From an uncultured delta proteobacterium (GTDB lineage: Bacteria; Desulfobacterota; Binatia; Binatales; Binataceae), in contig CAVRVY010000004.1 of assembly GCA_963724765.1 (NCBI GenBank), positions 160,001 through 224,000 on the forward strand: a DNA stretch of 64,000 nucleotides. The letters run 5' to 3'. The notes beneath the pieces were generated by a model, which was not told the DNA's origin, searched no databases, and saw only the letters and a list, made by a program, of their open reading frames with translations. Made by a program: the position numbers and the translations under genes. The stretch's first letter is position 1. Each line of letters begins with the position of its first letter. Shown here in pieces: positions 50,290 through 60,721 of the stretch.

Positions 50290-51750
50290 ATGATCGAGAT
50301 CCAGTGCACAAGTTGTCAGACCCGCTATCGAATCGACGAACGGATTCTGCCTGAGGACACGCCTACGTTCAAATGCTCGCGTTGTGGGCATGTCTTTAGC
50401 GCCGAGCCGCGCCAGAAGGCGCCACGGCGCGCGAGCGCCGAGGCGCCGGTGAAATCCGCGCCGTCCTCCGTCGCCCCGGCGACGGAGGAGTCCCCACCAG
50501 CGGGCGGCGCGGCCGCGGGCGCCTCAGCGCCCGCAGCCGCACCGCCCGCGCAAGAGCCAGCCCCGCGACAGCGGGAGGAGGAGCCGCCGCCCGCCGCTGA
50601 CGCGGCGGTGGCGGCTCCTCCTCCTGCTACGCAGGGACCAGCGTCGCGGCCGCGCCAGGCGGGCGTAGCCGGCCGCCGCGCGGCCGCGACGCCGCCGCCT
50701 CCGGCAGCGGCGTCGCGCGCGGCAGAGCCGTCGCGCTCCGCGCCAGCGATGCAACGCGAGGAGCCCGCGGCGGTCCGTCCTGACATATATGACACCAAAG
50801 AACTGCTCCAGCGCCGCTTCGGTCTCATCCCTGACGATGGGGCCGACAAGCCAGGAGACAATCTCGCCTTCGATTTCAACGACGAATCCCAGTCGCCCGA
50901 TTCGACCGCTGATTCAACCTCGCGTACCTATGCGGAGGAAAAATGGGAGGTCGGCGATACTGACATTCCCCCACCGCCGCCCCCTCGTTCAAAGCGCCGC
51001 ATCCGCATCTCCGACATCGACGACGACCCGGAGGGAGAGCCCGGACTGGACCAGAGTTTCGGCCGCAATGAGGCCCGCGATCAGCGTTTGGATCGTGAGG
51101 CGGAGCAGGACTTCGAGCGCATACGTCCCGAGGAAGTCAGCGCGCAGGCGCACAGGCTGGAGACGGAACTGCGCGGCCGCTCGTACAAGCTTCATTCGGC
51201 CGGCTATTTCATCGGACTGTTCGCGATGGTGATCTTCGGCTTCGGGATCGTGACGATAGTGATCCAGAGCGCGCCGATCGCGAGCGCCGGACTGCTGAGC
51301 GCCCTGCCGATCGTCGGCGAGGGTCTCGAGCCACCGATCACGGCCGCCGAGCGCGTGGCGCTGGACCAGGTCCAGGCGCAGTACGCAAAGCTCAAGGGCG
51401 ACCAGACCGCATTGGTCATCAGCGGGACGGCCGAGAACCTGACCTCGGCGCCGCTCGGCGCGGTGCAGATCGAGGCGGCGCTGACCGCGTCCGGGCTGGA
51501 GCCGCTACGCAGCCAGGCGGTATACTGCGGCAACAGCCTGTCGTCGAAGATGATCGGCGAGATGACGCCGCACGAGATCGAGTTTTTCGAGAAGCTGGAC
51601 GCACCCAGGAACTTCACTCTTGCGCCGCAGGCGAGCGCGCCGTTCGTGATTGTCTTCATCGCGCCGCCCGCGGGCGCTGGCCACTTCCAACTGCGAATCG
51701 TGCGCGCCGACCCTGCTGCGGCGCCTCCGCCGTCTGCCGAGGGTGGCTAA
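50290..51750 (+). CDS. Zinc-ribbon / low-complexity linker / TM / DUF3426-like protein
   Basis: IQCTSCQTRY...KCSRCGHVF, Pro/Ala-rich linker, one TM, C-terminal beta domain. Confidence 0.78.
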   Translation: MIEIQCTSCQTRYRIDERILPEDTPTFKCSRCGHVFSAEPRQKAPRRASAEAPVKSAPSSVAPATEESPPAGGAAAGASAPAAAPPAQEPAPRQREEEPPPAADAAVAAPPPATQGPASRPRQAGVAGRRAAATPPPPAAASRAAEPSRSAPAMQREEPAAVRPDIYDTKELLQRRFGLIPDDGADKPGDNLAFDFNDESQSPDSTADSTSRTYAEEKWEVGDTDIPPPPPPRSKRRIRISDIDDDPEGEPGLDQSFGRNEARDQRLDREAEQDFERIRPEEVSAQAHRLETELRGRSYKLHSAGYFIGLFAMVIFGFGIVTIVIQSAPIASAGLLSALPIVGEGLEPPITAAERVALDQVQAQYAKLKGDQTALVISGTAENLTSAPLGAVQIEAALTASGLEPLRSQAVYCGNSLSSKMIGEMTPHEIEFFEKLDAPRNFTLAPQASAPFVIVFIAPPAGAGHFQLRIVRADPAAAPPPSAEGG

Positions 51751-51754
51751 CGCG

Positions 51755-52144
51755 CTACTCCTTGTCCTTGGCGACCATCTCCTCGTACTCTTCGCCGTCC
51801 ATCAGATCTTCCAGTTCGCTGAGGTCGCTTACCCTAACCTTGATCAGCCAGCCGTCGCCGTAGGGGTCTTCATTGATCACCTCCGGGCTTTCGGGCAAGC
51901 CTTCGTTGACCTCGACCACGGTGCCGCTTACCGGCGCATAGATGTCGGAAACGGCCTTGACCGATTCGACCACTCCGAAGGGATCGTCCTTGCTGATCTT
52001 TTCGCCGACCGACGGCAGTTCGAGGTAAACGATCTCCCCGAGTTGGTCCTGCGCATGGTCGGTGATACCAATCGTCGCAACCGATTCTTCGGCGGCGACC
52101 CATTCATGCTCCTTCGAGTATTTGAGCCCCGGCGGAACTTCCAT
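51755..52144 (-). CDS. gcvH: Glycine cleavage system H protein
   Basis: [23 protein letters not shown] lipoyl lysine, PYGDGWL. Confidence 0.96.
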   Translation of the reverse strand: MEVPPGLKYSKEHEWVAAEESVATIGITDHAQDQLGEIVYLELPSVGEKISKDDPFGVVESVKAVSDIYAPVSGTVVEVNEGLPESPEVINEDPYGDGWLIKVRVSDLSELEDLMDGEEYEEMVAKDKE

Positions 52145-52340
52145 ATCCTCCCCCTGAAACCCGCCTTCGGCGAGCCGGCGCCGCGATGGTGCGGTGTGGC
52201 TCTTACGTCCACGTACTTAATCACGCCCGGCGGAAATCCGCTTGTCAAGTTCCGGCGGGATACTATCCGAAGTTTTATGTTATGCGCACGCCCGCGGCGG
52301 TAAAGACGCGGCTAAACTCGCCCGAAAGGATTGGTTCAAG

Positions 52341-53447
52341 ATGATCGTCGGAGTACCCACCGAGATAAAGCCTGACGAGCGCCGCGTCGCGCTGACGCCG
52401 GCCGGCGCCGCCGCCTTTCGCAGCCACGGCCATCGCGTGCTCGTGCAAAGCGGAGCCGGCGCGGGCAGCGGCTTCAGCGACCGCGACTATAGCTCCGCTG
52501 GCGCGCAGATTGTGCGATCGGCCGCCGCGGTCTGGAAACGCGCGCGGATGGTGCTGAAGGTCAAGGAGCCGCAGCGCTCCGAATTCCGCTTCCTGCGCAG
52601 CGACCTCGTGCTCTTCACTTATCTTCATCTCGCGGCCGAGCCCGCGCTCACCCGCGAACTCGTGCGCTGCGGCACGGCGGCGCTTGGCTATGAGACCGTA
52701 CAGCTCGAAGACCAGAGTCTGCCGCTGCTCGCCCCGATGAGCGAAGTGGCCGGGCGGCTCGCGGTGCAGGTTGGCGGATGGTGTCTGGAGGCGCAGAACG
52801 GCGGATGCGGCGTGTTGCTGAGCGGAGCCTCGGGCGTGCGGCCTGCCCGCGTGGCGGTGCTGGGCGGCGGAATCGCGGGCGCCAACGCTGCGCGGGTTGC
52901 CGCCGGAGTCGGCGCCGAAGTGACGATCCTCGACGTCAATCCGACCCGCCTGCGCTACCTTGGCGATTTGCTGGACGGGCGTGTAACGACGTTGATGTCG
53001 AACCGGGCGACGCTGGAGGAGGAGGTGGTCAACGCCGACCTCGTGGTCGGGACGATATTGGTGGCCGGCGCGCGCACGCCGCGGCTGGTGACGCGTGCGA
53101 TGGTCTCACGGATGAAGCGCGGGGCGGCGCTGGTGGACCTGTCGATTGACCAGGGCGGATTGTCCGAGACCTCACGCCCGACCAGCCATCGGCGGCCGAT
53201 CTATGTTGCCCACGGCGTGGTCCACTACTGCGTGACCAACATGCCGGCAATCGTGCCGCACACCTCGACCTACGCACTAACCAATGCGACGCTGACCTAC
53301 GCGCTGGAACTCGCGGACCGCGGCGTACTCGAAGCGGGCGCGCGCAACGCGGCGCTGCGCAATGGAGTCAACACCTATGGCGGCCACGTTGTTCATCCAG
53401 CGGTGGCCGCGGCGCTGCACATGAAGCCGCACTCGCCGTGGGACTGA
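52341..53447 (+). CDS. ald: Alanine dehydrogenase
   Basis: GVPTEIKPDERRVALTP, KVKEP, FTYLHLAA, PMSEVAGR, HYCVTNMP. Confidence 0.95.
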   Translation: MIVGVPTEIKPDERRVALTPAGAAAFRSHGHRVLVQSGAGAGSGFSDRDYSSAGAQIVRSAAAVWKRARMVLKVKEPQRSEFRFLRSDLVLFTYLHLAAEPALTRELVRCGTAALGYETVQLEDQSLPLLAPMSEVAGRLAVQVGGWCLEAQNGGCGVLLSGASGVRPARVAVLGGGIAGANAARVAAGVGAEVTILDVNPTRLRYLGDLLDGRVTTLMSNRATLEEEVVNADLVVGTILVAGARTPRLVTRAMVSRMKRGAALVDLSIDQGGLSETSRPTSHRRPIYVAHGVVHYCVTNMPAIVPHTSTYALTNATLTYALELADRGVLEAGARNAALRNGVNTYGGHVVHPAVAAALHMKPHSPWD

Positions 53448-53482
53448 TTAAATACGGGGAGAAAGATTCATCGCTTCGCGGA

Positions 53483-53564
53483 GATCCTTTCGCTGATGCT
53501 CAGGATGACAGAGAGGGAGCTTTTTCGCTGTCATCCCGAACGAAGGTTGACGAAGTGAAGGATC
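53483..53564. repeat. REP-like repeat pair (GATCCTT…CTCAGGATGACA / TGTCATCCCGAA…GAAGGATC)
   Basis: Same GTCATCC core as 12045 and 27166; between convergent genes. Confidence 0.7.
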
Positions 53565-53646
53565 GACGCGGAGCGATTCTCGTGTCTATCGATATCCTGG
53601 CGCCGCGTGTAGCGAGCAAAATTGTTACCAGAGTCGATGCCCCCCC

Positions 53647-54414
53647 CTAATCCGCGTTCATCGTCGGCGGCATCGCCTGCGGCGACGCTGGAAGCGTGTA
53701 ACCGAGCTTTGATTTCAGATCGTCGAGCGCTTCATCGATGCCGCGCGAGGCGAGGTCCTGGGCGCGCACCCAGCGTCCGCGGTTGGCCAGGAAGTTGCCC
53801 ACGTTGAAGATGTTCTGAGTCAGCGCCTCCTGCTGGCGGGCGTAGCGCGCGGTCCACAGCACAACGCCGTTATGGACATCGATCAGGTGGAGCGCGAAGG
53901 CGACCGCCGCCGGACTCTTGGCGGCATAGTCGCTGCCCACGCGTTCCTGGTAACGGGTGACGGTGCCGAAGAGCACGGCGTCGGCGGAGAGCTGGCGACC
54001 GAGCTTCATCGCATTGTCCTGCATGTTGGCCAGCGTGGTCGGGGGCAGCTGCTGCATCACGCCGCGCACGTCGGATTCGGGCACCACTTCCCATCCCGAG
54101 ACCAGGGTAATTTGGCCCCAGACATCGGCGGTGATCGATTCGGCCGCGCCCTCCTCGATCGGCTCGCCGGTGGCGTTGGGATGATCGATGATCGGCATCA
54201 CGGCGACGCGATGCACTTTGATCGTACGGATGGCGCGCACCGAATGCAGCTCGAGCGACGAATCCTTTCCAACCAGCGGCAGCGACTCGACCGTGCCGGA
54301 CCACATCTGGCTGGCCGAAATACCACTGCCGCTGCTGCCGTTGCTGCTGCATCCGGGCGCCATCAGCGCCAGGCCGAGCGCCAGCACGTACGCGGCCGGC
54401 AAGCGAATTCTCAC
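53647..54414 (-). CDS. Putative lipoprotein (CsgG/GNA1162-like alpha/beta fold)
   Basis: Lipobox APGC; RVAVMP, ADAVLFGTVTRY. Confidence 0.65.
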   Translation of the reverse strand: MRIRLPAAYVLALGLALMAPGCSSNGSSGSGISASQMWSGTVESLPLVGKDSSLELHSVRAIRTIKVHRVAVMPIIDHPNATGEPIEEGAAESITADVWGQITLVSGWEVVPESDVRGVMQQLPPTTLANMQDNAMKLGRQLSADAVLFGTVTRYQERVGSDYAAKSPAAVAFALHLIDVHNGVVLWTARYARQQEALTQNIFNVGNFLANRGRWVRAQDLASRGIDEALDDLKSKLGYTLPASPQAMPPTMNAD

Positions 54415-56204
54415 GATGTCACCTTGATTGAAAGTTCGCGCAGCTGGCGCGCGTCGACCTCGGAGGGCGCCCCGCTCATCGGGTCGACCGCCTTCTGTGT
54501 CTTAGGAAAAGCCATCACGTCGCGCAACGAGTCGGTGCCGCAGAGCAGCATCGAAATTCGCTCCACGCCGAATGCGATTCCCCCGTGTGGCGGCGCACCA
54601 TAGCCCAGCGCCTCGATTAGAAAACCGAACTTGCGCATTGCTTCGTCACGCGAAAAACCCAGGTGCTCGAACACCTTGAGCTGGAGCTCGGGATGGTGAA
54701 TACGAATCGAACCGCCGCCCAACTCTTCGCCATTAAGTACCATATCGTAGGCGAGCGCGCGCGCCTTGAGCGGAGCGGAGTCCAGCAGGTCGAGGTCGTC
54801 GGGATGCGGCGCGGTGAACGGATGGTTGACCGCAACCATCCGCTTTTCCTCTTCGTTGTACTCGAGCAGCGGGAATTCGACCACCCACAGAAACTTCAGC
54901 TCGCCGGTCTCGCGCAGCTTGAACTTGCCGCCGAGCTGAAGGCGCAAGTCGCCCAGGATCGGACGCACGCGCTCGGGCGCGCCCGCCACCATCAGCAACG
55001 TGTCGCCCGCCACCAGGCCGGCCGCCTCTGCGGCGCGCGTCCGCTCGGCGGCGCCCAGATGGCGCGCGAGCGGCCCCTGCCATCCGTCGCTTGCGACTTT
55101 GGCGTATGCGAGGCCAAGCCCATAGCGTGCGCGCACGCCCTCGGTCATCTCGTCAAGCTCGCGGCGGCTCAACTGATGCGCCGCGGGGAGCACGATTCCG
55201 TAGATACTCTCGCCGCGGCCGAGCACTTCGGCGAAAACCTTGAACTGCGTGCCGACAAACGCGGCGCTGAGGTTCTTAAGCTCCATCGCGAAGCGCATGT
55301 CGGGTTTGTCGACGCCAAAGCGTTCCATCGCCTCCGCGTAAGGCAGGCGCAAAAACGGCAAGTTCAGCTCGACCCCGAGCACACGCCGGTAAATCTCCGC
55401 CATCATGCCCTCGCCCGTCGCCACCACGTCGTCCACGCGCGGACAGGTCAGCTCGATATCGATCTGGCTGAACTCGGGCTGGCGATTGGCGCGCAGGTCC
55501 TCGTCGCGAAAGCATCGCGCGATCTGATAATAGCGGTCGAAGCCGCTCACCATCAGGAGCTGCTTCAAAAGCTGCGGCGATTGCGGCAGCGCATAGAAGC
55601 GGCCCGGGTTGACGCGGCTCGGCACCAGGTAGTCGCGCGCGCCCTCGGGAGTGGCGCGCCACAGGATCGGAGTTTCGATTTCGACGAAGCCGTTCGCGTC
55701 GAGAAACGAGCGCGTGGCCTGCACGGCTAGCGCGCGCCGGCGCAGGTTGCGCTGCATCGAGGGCCGTCGCAGATCGATATAGCGATAGCGCAGGCGCAGG
55801 TCCTCGGCGGTGATGTTGGCGTCGACCGGAAACGGCGGCGGTTGCGAGCTATTGAGGATGTGCGCCTCGCTCACCGCGATTTCCACTTCGCCGGTCGGAA
55901 GCTCCGCGTTGACCGTACCCTCGGAGCGCATCACCACCTTGCCGCGCGCGGCAAGGTAATACTCCGAGCGGGCGCGCCCGGCTACCTCATGGGCCTCGGG
56001 AGCCTGCGCGGGGTTGAAGACGAGCTGAAGGAGGCCCTCGCGGTCGCGCAGATCGATAAAGATGAGTCCGCCGTGGTCGCGGCGCGAGGCGACCCATCCC
56101 CACAGTGCGACTTCGCGCCCGGCATCGGCGGCGCGCAGTGCGCCGCAATAGTCCGTGCGCTGCCAGGGCGGCAGCGGTGAATATTCGTGCGGGCTGGCCA
56201 TCAA
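54411..56204 (-). CDS. aspS: Aspartate-tRNA ligase, probably non-discriminating Asp/Asn type
   Basis: RRDHGG, EGARDYLVPSR, LPQSPQ, FRDED, GGGSIRIH, PPHGG. Confidence 0.97.
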   Translation of the reverse strand: MMASPHEYSPLPPWQRTDYCGALRAADAGREVALWGWVASRRDHGGLIFIDLRDREGLLQLVFNPAQAPEAHEVAGRARSEYYLAARGKVVMRSEGTVNAELPTGEVEIAVSEAHILNSSQPPPFPVDANITAEDLRLRYRYIDLRRPSMQRNLRRRALAVQATRSFLDANGFVEIETPILWRATPEGARDYLVPSRVNPGRFYALPQSPQLLKQLLMVSGFDRYYQIARCFRDEDLRANRQPEFSQIDIELTCPRVDDVVATGEGMMAEIYRRVLGVELNLPFLRLPYAEAMERFGVDKPDMRFAMELKNLSAAFVGTQFKVFAEVLGRGESIYGIVLPAAHQLSRRELDEMTEGVRARYGLGLAYAKVASDGWQGPLARHLGAAERTRAAEAAGLVAGDTLLMVAGAPERVRPILGDLRLQLGGKFKLRETGELKFLWVVEFPLLEYNEEEKRMVAVNHPFTAPHPDDLDLLDSAPLKARALAYDMVLNGEELGGGSIRIHHPELQLKVFEHLGFSRDEAMRKFGFLIEALGYGAPPHGGIAFGVERISMLLCGTDSLRDVMAFPKTQKAVDPMSGAPSEVDARQLRELSIKVTS

Positions 56205-56239
56205 ATTACGTCGCTGGAAGAATACCTGCGCCGGGCGGG

Positions 56240-57502
56240 CTACGGAATAGCGGGTTCGCCGCGAAGGTGGCCGAGTTCCGCGACGATCTGATGCTGAGCT
56301 ATTTCGCGTTGCACGCTCTGTTTAAGATCGCGCAACATGACGGCGCTGCGCTTAAGTTCCTCATCGCCGATAATCACCGCGTAGCGCGCGCCGATCTTGT
56401 CCGCGCGGCGCAGCAGCGCCTTGAGCCCGCGCCCGGGCGAGAGCAGCTCGACCCGCAGTCCCGCCGCGCGCATTTCGGCCGCCAGCGTCATCCCGCGGCG
56501 CATCGCGGCGTCGCCCAGGGCGGCCAGCGCCACGTCGGCGCGCGAATCAAACCGGGCCGCATCCAGCGCCAGGGCGAGTCGATCGATGCCGATTGCGAAG
56601 CCGGTCCCCGCGACCGCCGCACCGCCCAGCGACTCGACCAAGCCGTCGTAACGGCCGCCTGCCGCCACCGCGCTCTGTGCGCCGACCGCGGTCGAGGTGA
56701 CCTCGAAGGTAGTGCGCGTGTAGTAATCCAGCCCGCGCACCAGGCGCGAATTGACGGCGTGCGGCACGCCGGCGTCCGTCAGCAACTCGCGTACGGTTGC
56801 GAAATGCGCGCGGCAGTTGTCGCACAGGTAGTCCTGGCTCCTGGGCGCGGCCTCGGCCAGCTTGACGTCGATCTTGCAGTCGAGCAGGCGCAGCGGATTG
56901 CGCTCGAGGCGATGACGGCAATCCTCGCACAGCTCGGAGAGATGGGCGCGGCCGTATTCCAGCACCGCCTGGCGAAAGCGCGGACGGCATTCGCCGTCGC
57001 CCAGCGAATTGATCTCGAAATTCAGCTCCAGCCCGAGCTCGCGGCGCAACTCGTCTATCATCACCATCAGCTCGGCATCAGTGGCGGCGTCGGCGCGGCC
57101 GAAAATCTCCACTCCGAACTGCGAGAACTGGCGAAAGCGGCCCTTCTGCGGACGCTCGCGCCGGAACATCGGGCCAACGTAGTAGAAGCGCTGCTCGGGA
57201 TCGCTGCGGTCCATCCCGGTCTCGATATACGCGCGCACCACGCCCGGCGTACCCTCGGGCCGCAGCGCCAGCGTGGTCTCGGCCTCATCGCGGTCGACGA
57301 ACGCGTACATTTGCTTTTCAACGATATCCGAGGTCTCGCCGCTGGAGTGCTGGAACAGCTCCAGCCGCTCGAGCACCGGGATGCGGATTTCGCCGACGTT
57401 GTGGCGCTCGACCACCTTGCGCGCGCAGTCCTCGATCGTGGCGAGGGTGCGCGCCTGCACACCGAGCGTATCCTGGAATCCTCTAAGCCGTGTCAGTTGC
57501 AC
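56240..57502 (-). CDS. hisS: Histidine-tRNA ligase
   Basis: LRPEGT, RERPQKGRFRQF, LVRGLDYY, GGRYD. Confidence 0.97.
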   Translation of the reverse strand: MQLTRLRGFQDTLGVQARTLATIEDCARKVVERHNVGEIRIPVLERLELFQHSSGETSDIVEKQMYAFVDRDEAETTLALRPEGTPGVVRAYIETGMDRSDPEQRFYYVGPMFRRERPQKGRFRQFSQFGVEIFGRADAATDAELMVMIDELRRELGLELNFEINSLGDGECRPRFRQAVLEYGRAHLSELCEDCRHRLERNPLRLLDCKIDVKLAEAAPRSQDYLCDNCRAHFATVRELLTDAGVPHAVNSRLVRGLDYYTRTTFEVTSTAVGAQSAVAAGGRYDGLVESLGGAAVAGTGFAIGIDRLALALDAARFDSRADVALAALGDAAMRRGMTLAAEMRAAGLRVELLSPGRGLKALLRRADKIGARYAVIIGDEELKRSAVMLRDLKQSVQREIAQHQIVAELGHLRGEPAIP

Positions 57503-57595
57503 AGTGAGCCGAGCAGTTGATCAGTTAAACAGTTAAATCGGCGTTCTCGATGGCGGCGTCACGTCCCAGAGAATTTATCCGCGCAAGCGGACGAG

Positions 57596-57621
57596 AAAAA
57601 GGGCCGCCTCGCGGGCGGCCC
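57596..57621 (-). terminator. Rho-independent terminator of the thiolase operon
   Basis: GGGCCGCC-loop-GGCGGCCC hairpin followed by a U-tract on the minus strand. Confidence 0.75.
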
Positions 57622-57697
57622 TCCATCCTATCAGCGAAAAATCGCGGCCGCTCGAACGACGGCCCATCCTGGACGAAGCAGAATCAGCGAGCCAGCA

Positions 57698-58861
57698 TCA
57701 AATCGTCAGGACATGAATCGTGCAGGCCGAGCCGAGCCCGATAACGTGGGCCTGTCCGACCTTGGCGTTAGGCACCAGACGATCCTTGGCGCGATCGTCT
57801 TCGGTGAGATGCCACACGACCTCGCAGATGTTGGCGACGCCGGTCGCGCCCAGCGGATGGCCCTTGCTGAGCAAGCCTCCCGAGACATTGACCGGGTCGT
57901 GGCCGCCGAGGCTCGGATGCTTGCCGCCGCCCGAGTCGATAAACACGCCGGCCTCGCCGTCGCCGCACAAGCCGAGGTTCTCGTAATGCACCAGTTCCGC
58001 CGTGGCGAAGCAATCATGCAGCTCGGTCAGCGCGATATCCTTGGGGCCGACGCCCGCCTTTTCGTAGGCCTGCTTGGAGGCGCGCCGCGTGAGCGTGCTC
58101 ACGTCGGGAAGCGCCGCGGTGCGGTCGGTCCACGGGTCGGAGGTCAACACGGAGGCCGCCACGCGCGGACGCTTGCGGCCGGCGGCGAGCTGCTTGAGCT
58201 TGCTCTCGGAGACCAGGATCGCGGCCGCCGCGCCGTCGCCGGTGGGGCAGCACATGTAGAGCGTGTTGGGATACGAAATCATGCGCGCGTTGAGCACGTC
58301 CTCGAGCGTGACCTCGTTGCGATACTGCGAGTACGGATTCTTGGTGGCGTGCTGATGGGACTTCACCGAGATCTTGGCGAAGTGCTCCATCTTGGTGCCG
58401 TACTTGCGCATGTGCTCGATCCCGGCCTGTCCGAACACCGCCGGCATCAGGCCCGAGCCCAGCCTGCCCTCCGCGCTGTAGGCCGGATCGCTGCCGCCGC
58501 CGCCACCGCCAAGCAATCCCTGCTTGCCCATCTGCTCGACGCCAACCGCCATCGCGACGTCGTACATCCCCGACGCGACCGCCATGAAGGCCTCGCGAAA
58601 CGCGGTCGAGCCGGTGGCGCAGGCGTTGGCGACATTGACCACCGGGATACCGGTCTGGCCGATTTGCTGCAGGATGCGCTGGCCCACCATAGCGTTGGAC
58701 TGGTAGAGGTTGCCGCAGGCGAACATCTCGACGTCCTTGATTGTGACGCCGGCGTCCTTGAGCGCGAGGATAGCAGCCTCGCCGCCGAGCTCGGGCACCG
58801 TCTTGGTGGGATAGCGGCCGAACTTGATCATTCCGGTTCCCAGTACGTAGACGTTTTGCAT
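57698..58861 (-). CDS. Thiolase family protein (SCP2/lipid-transfer-protein type)
   Basis: NACATGS, CPTGDGAAA, ELHDCF, SKGHPLGATG. Confidence 0.92.
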   Translation of the reverse strand: MQNVYVLGTGMIKFGRYPTKTVPELGGEAAILALKDAGVTIKDVEMFACGNLYQSNAMVGQRILQQIGQTGIPVVNVANACATGSTAFREAFMAVASGMYDVAMAVGVEQMGKQGLLGGGGGGSDPAYSAEGRLGSGLMPAVFGQAGIEHMRKYGTKMEHFAKISVKSHQHATKNPYSQYRNEVTLEDVLNARMISYPNTLYMCCPTGDGAAAAILVSESKLKQLAAGRKRPRVAASVLTSDPWTDRTAALPDVSTLTRRASKQAYEKAGVGPKDIALTELHDCFATAELVHYENLGLCGDGEAGVFIDSGGGKHPSLGGHDPVNVSGGLLSKGHPLGATGVANICEVVWHLTEDDRAKDRLVPNAKVGQAHVIGLGSACTIHVLTI

Positions 58862-58960
58862 TTCGGATTCTCCTGCCGGGCGACCCGGCGATGGGGCGCG
58901 CTTAGCTCCGCCCCCGATCCCAATATCGCGTAATCTTTAAACTATAGCTCTATTTCAGGC

Positions 58961-59404
58961 TTATTTCCTGCTCGGCTTGAAGGCGAACGCCACCACGTCG
59001 TGGCCCTCGCGATCCTTGGCCACGACGTTGGTGACCATCTCGACCGGCATATCGAACATCTGCTTGGGATTCTTCTGCGCGTCCTCGGGATCGACGTCGA
59101 TTATGTTGCTGCGCACGCTGACACCCTCGGGCAGGTCGACGATCGCCGTGATGTAGGGCGTCTTGATTCCGGGGAACGACTGGTGCACGACCGAGAAGAC
59201 GTAGACCTTGCCCTTGTCGGAAAGCTGGATCGGCTTGAAGCCCTCGGTCGCGCCGCACTTGGAGCAGGCAATCCGCGTGGTATCGATAAAAACCGAGCCG
59301 CAGGTCCCGCATTTCGAGCCCATCAGATGCGGTTTGGGTTGAAGCTTGAGAAAGGGAACGATCGGACGCGGACCGCTATCGATTGCTTGAGCCTGCTCAG
59401 CCAT
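58961..59404 (-). CDS. Zn-ribbon/OB-fold DUF35 protein (thiolase partner)
   Basis: CGTCG...CSKCG followed by OB fold; adjacent to thiolase. Confidence 0.9.
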   Translation of the reverse strand: MAEQAQAIDSGPRPIVPFLKLQPKPHLMGSKCGTCGSVFIDTTRIACSKCGATEGFKPIQLSDKGKVYVFSVVHQSFPGIKTPYITAIVDLPEGVSVRSNIIDVDPEDAQKNPKQMFDMPVEMVTNVVAKDREGHDVVAFAFKPSRK

Positions 59405-59682
59405 TACGATGCCTCCAGAACTTCGAGATCCATGCCACGTCGGCCAGCGCGACTAGGGCGCCAACGACGAGGGGACGGCGACGACAAAAAACGTAAAAAC
59501 GCCCGGGAGGCGGTCAATTCGCCACTTCCCGGCCGCACAGTGAAGTTTCCCACAGCCGCCAGCGAAGCGTCAACCCTGAGAATTCTACCGCGAAGTCGGA
59601 TAGCCCTGAAATCTTCGGCATTTGGGCACGTCGAGCGACGTTCGGGCGAATCTTGTCAGGCTCGCTTCCACGAAACGAGACT

Positions 59683-60651
59683 TCACATCGAGTCCCAGAA
59701 CTCGGCCATGCGGCGGCGAGCGGCAGCGTCGGGCATCGGTGCGTACCCCGTTTTGAGATCGTCGGCCAGATGCGCCAGGTCGGCGGTCGCCGGAATCACG
59801 CAGGTCACCGCAGGATGCGACACGATATATTTTAGGAAGAACTGTGCCCAGCTCGCGCATCTGAGTTCCGCCGCCCACGGCGGCAGAGTTTTTCCGCGCA
59901 CCTGGCGGAACAGGCCGCCGCCGCCGAACGGACGATTCACCATCACCGCGACGCGGCGCTCGGCCGCCAGCGGCAGCATCCGCTTTTCCGCGTCCCGCAC
60001 GTCAATTGAACAGGGCAACTGCACGAAGTCGATTTCCTCGCGCTCGATTATGCCGGCGAGGTCGGCGAACGCCGACGGCGTATAGTGGGTAATCCCGACG
60101 TATCTCACCTGCCCCGCTTCTTTCATCTTGCGGAGCGTCGCGAGTTGCGTGCGCCAGTCGACCAGGTTGTGAATCTGCATCAGGTCGATGACGCGCGTCT
60201 TCAAAAGCTCGGCCGAGCGCCGCATCTCGGCGATTCCTTCCTCGCGCCCGGAGGTCCATACCTTAGTCGCGAGAAACGCGCGCTCGCGGTCGTGCATTTT
60301 CGCGAGCAGCTCACCGACGACGGCCTCGGCCCGCCCATACATCGGCGAGCTGTCGATCACCTTGCCGCCGCCGTCGAAGAAGAGCCGCAGGACCGCGCTC
60401 AGGTTCTCCAAAGCGGCCGGATTGTTGCTGACGTCAAACGTCTGCCAGGTGCCAAGCCCGATCACCGGCAGCATCTCGCCGCTTTTGGGTATTGGCCGCG
60501 AAATCATCTGGCCATTGGGGCCGTTGGTTTTGTCCATTGCGATAGTCTCCGAAGCGCCCGCGAGGCCGCCGAGCGCCACGGCACCCAGCGCGCCCGCAAT
60601 GACACGCAAGAACTCGGCCCGCGACAGCGTCACGGAAATCGCTTTTACCAT
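59683..60651 (-). CDS. Aldo/keto reductase
   Basis: GLGTWQTF, DSSPMYG, ATKVW, IDLMQIHN; Tat-like SRAEFL N-terminus. Confidence 0.9.
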   Translation of the reverse strand: MVKAISVTLSRAEFLRVIAGALGAVALGGLAGASETIAMDKTNGPNGQMISRPIPKSGEMLPVIGLGTWQTFDVSNNPAALENLSAVLRLFFDGGGKVIDSSPMYGRAEAVVGELLAKMHDRERAFLATKVWTSGREEGIAEMRRSAELLKTRVIDLMQIHNLVDWRTQLATLRKMKEAGQVRYVGITHYTPSAFADLAGIIEREEIDFVQLPCSIDVRDAEKRMLPLAAERRVAVMVNRPFGGGGLFRQVRGKTLPPWAAELRCASWAQFFLKYIVSHPAVTCVIPATADLAHLADDLKTGYAPMPDAAARRRMAEFWDSM

Positions 60652-60721
60652 ATCGGCCGCAGTTACCCCGAATTATCCGCGATGCGCTAGACTTCGATCA
60701 GTTTGCAGGGGAGGTAGCGCT

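Noticed and set aside
52145-52340. Glycine riboswitch upstream of gcvH
   Set aside because: Could not identify the conserved aptamer motifs by eye; an Rfam covariance search would be needed.
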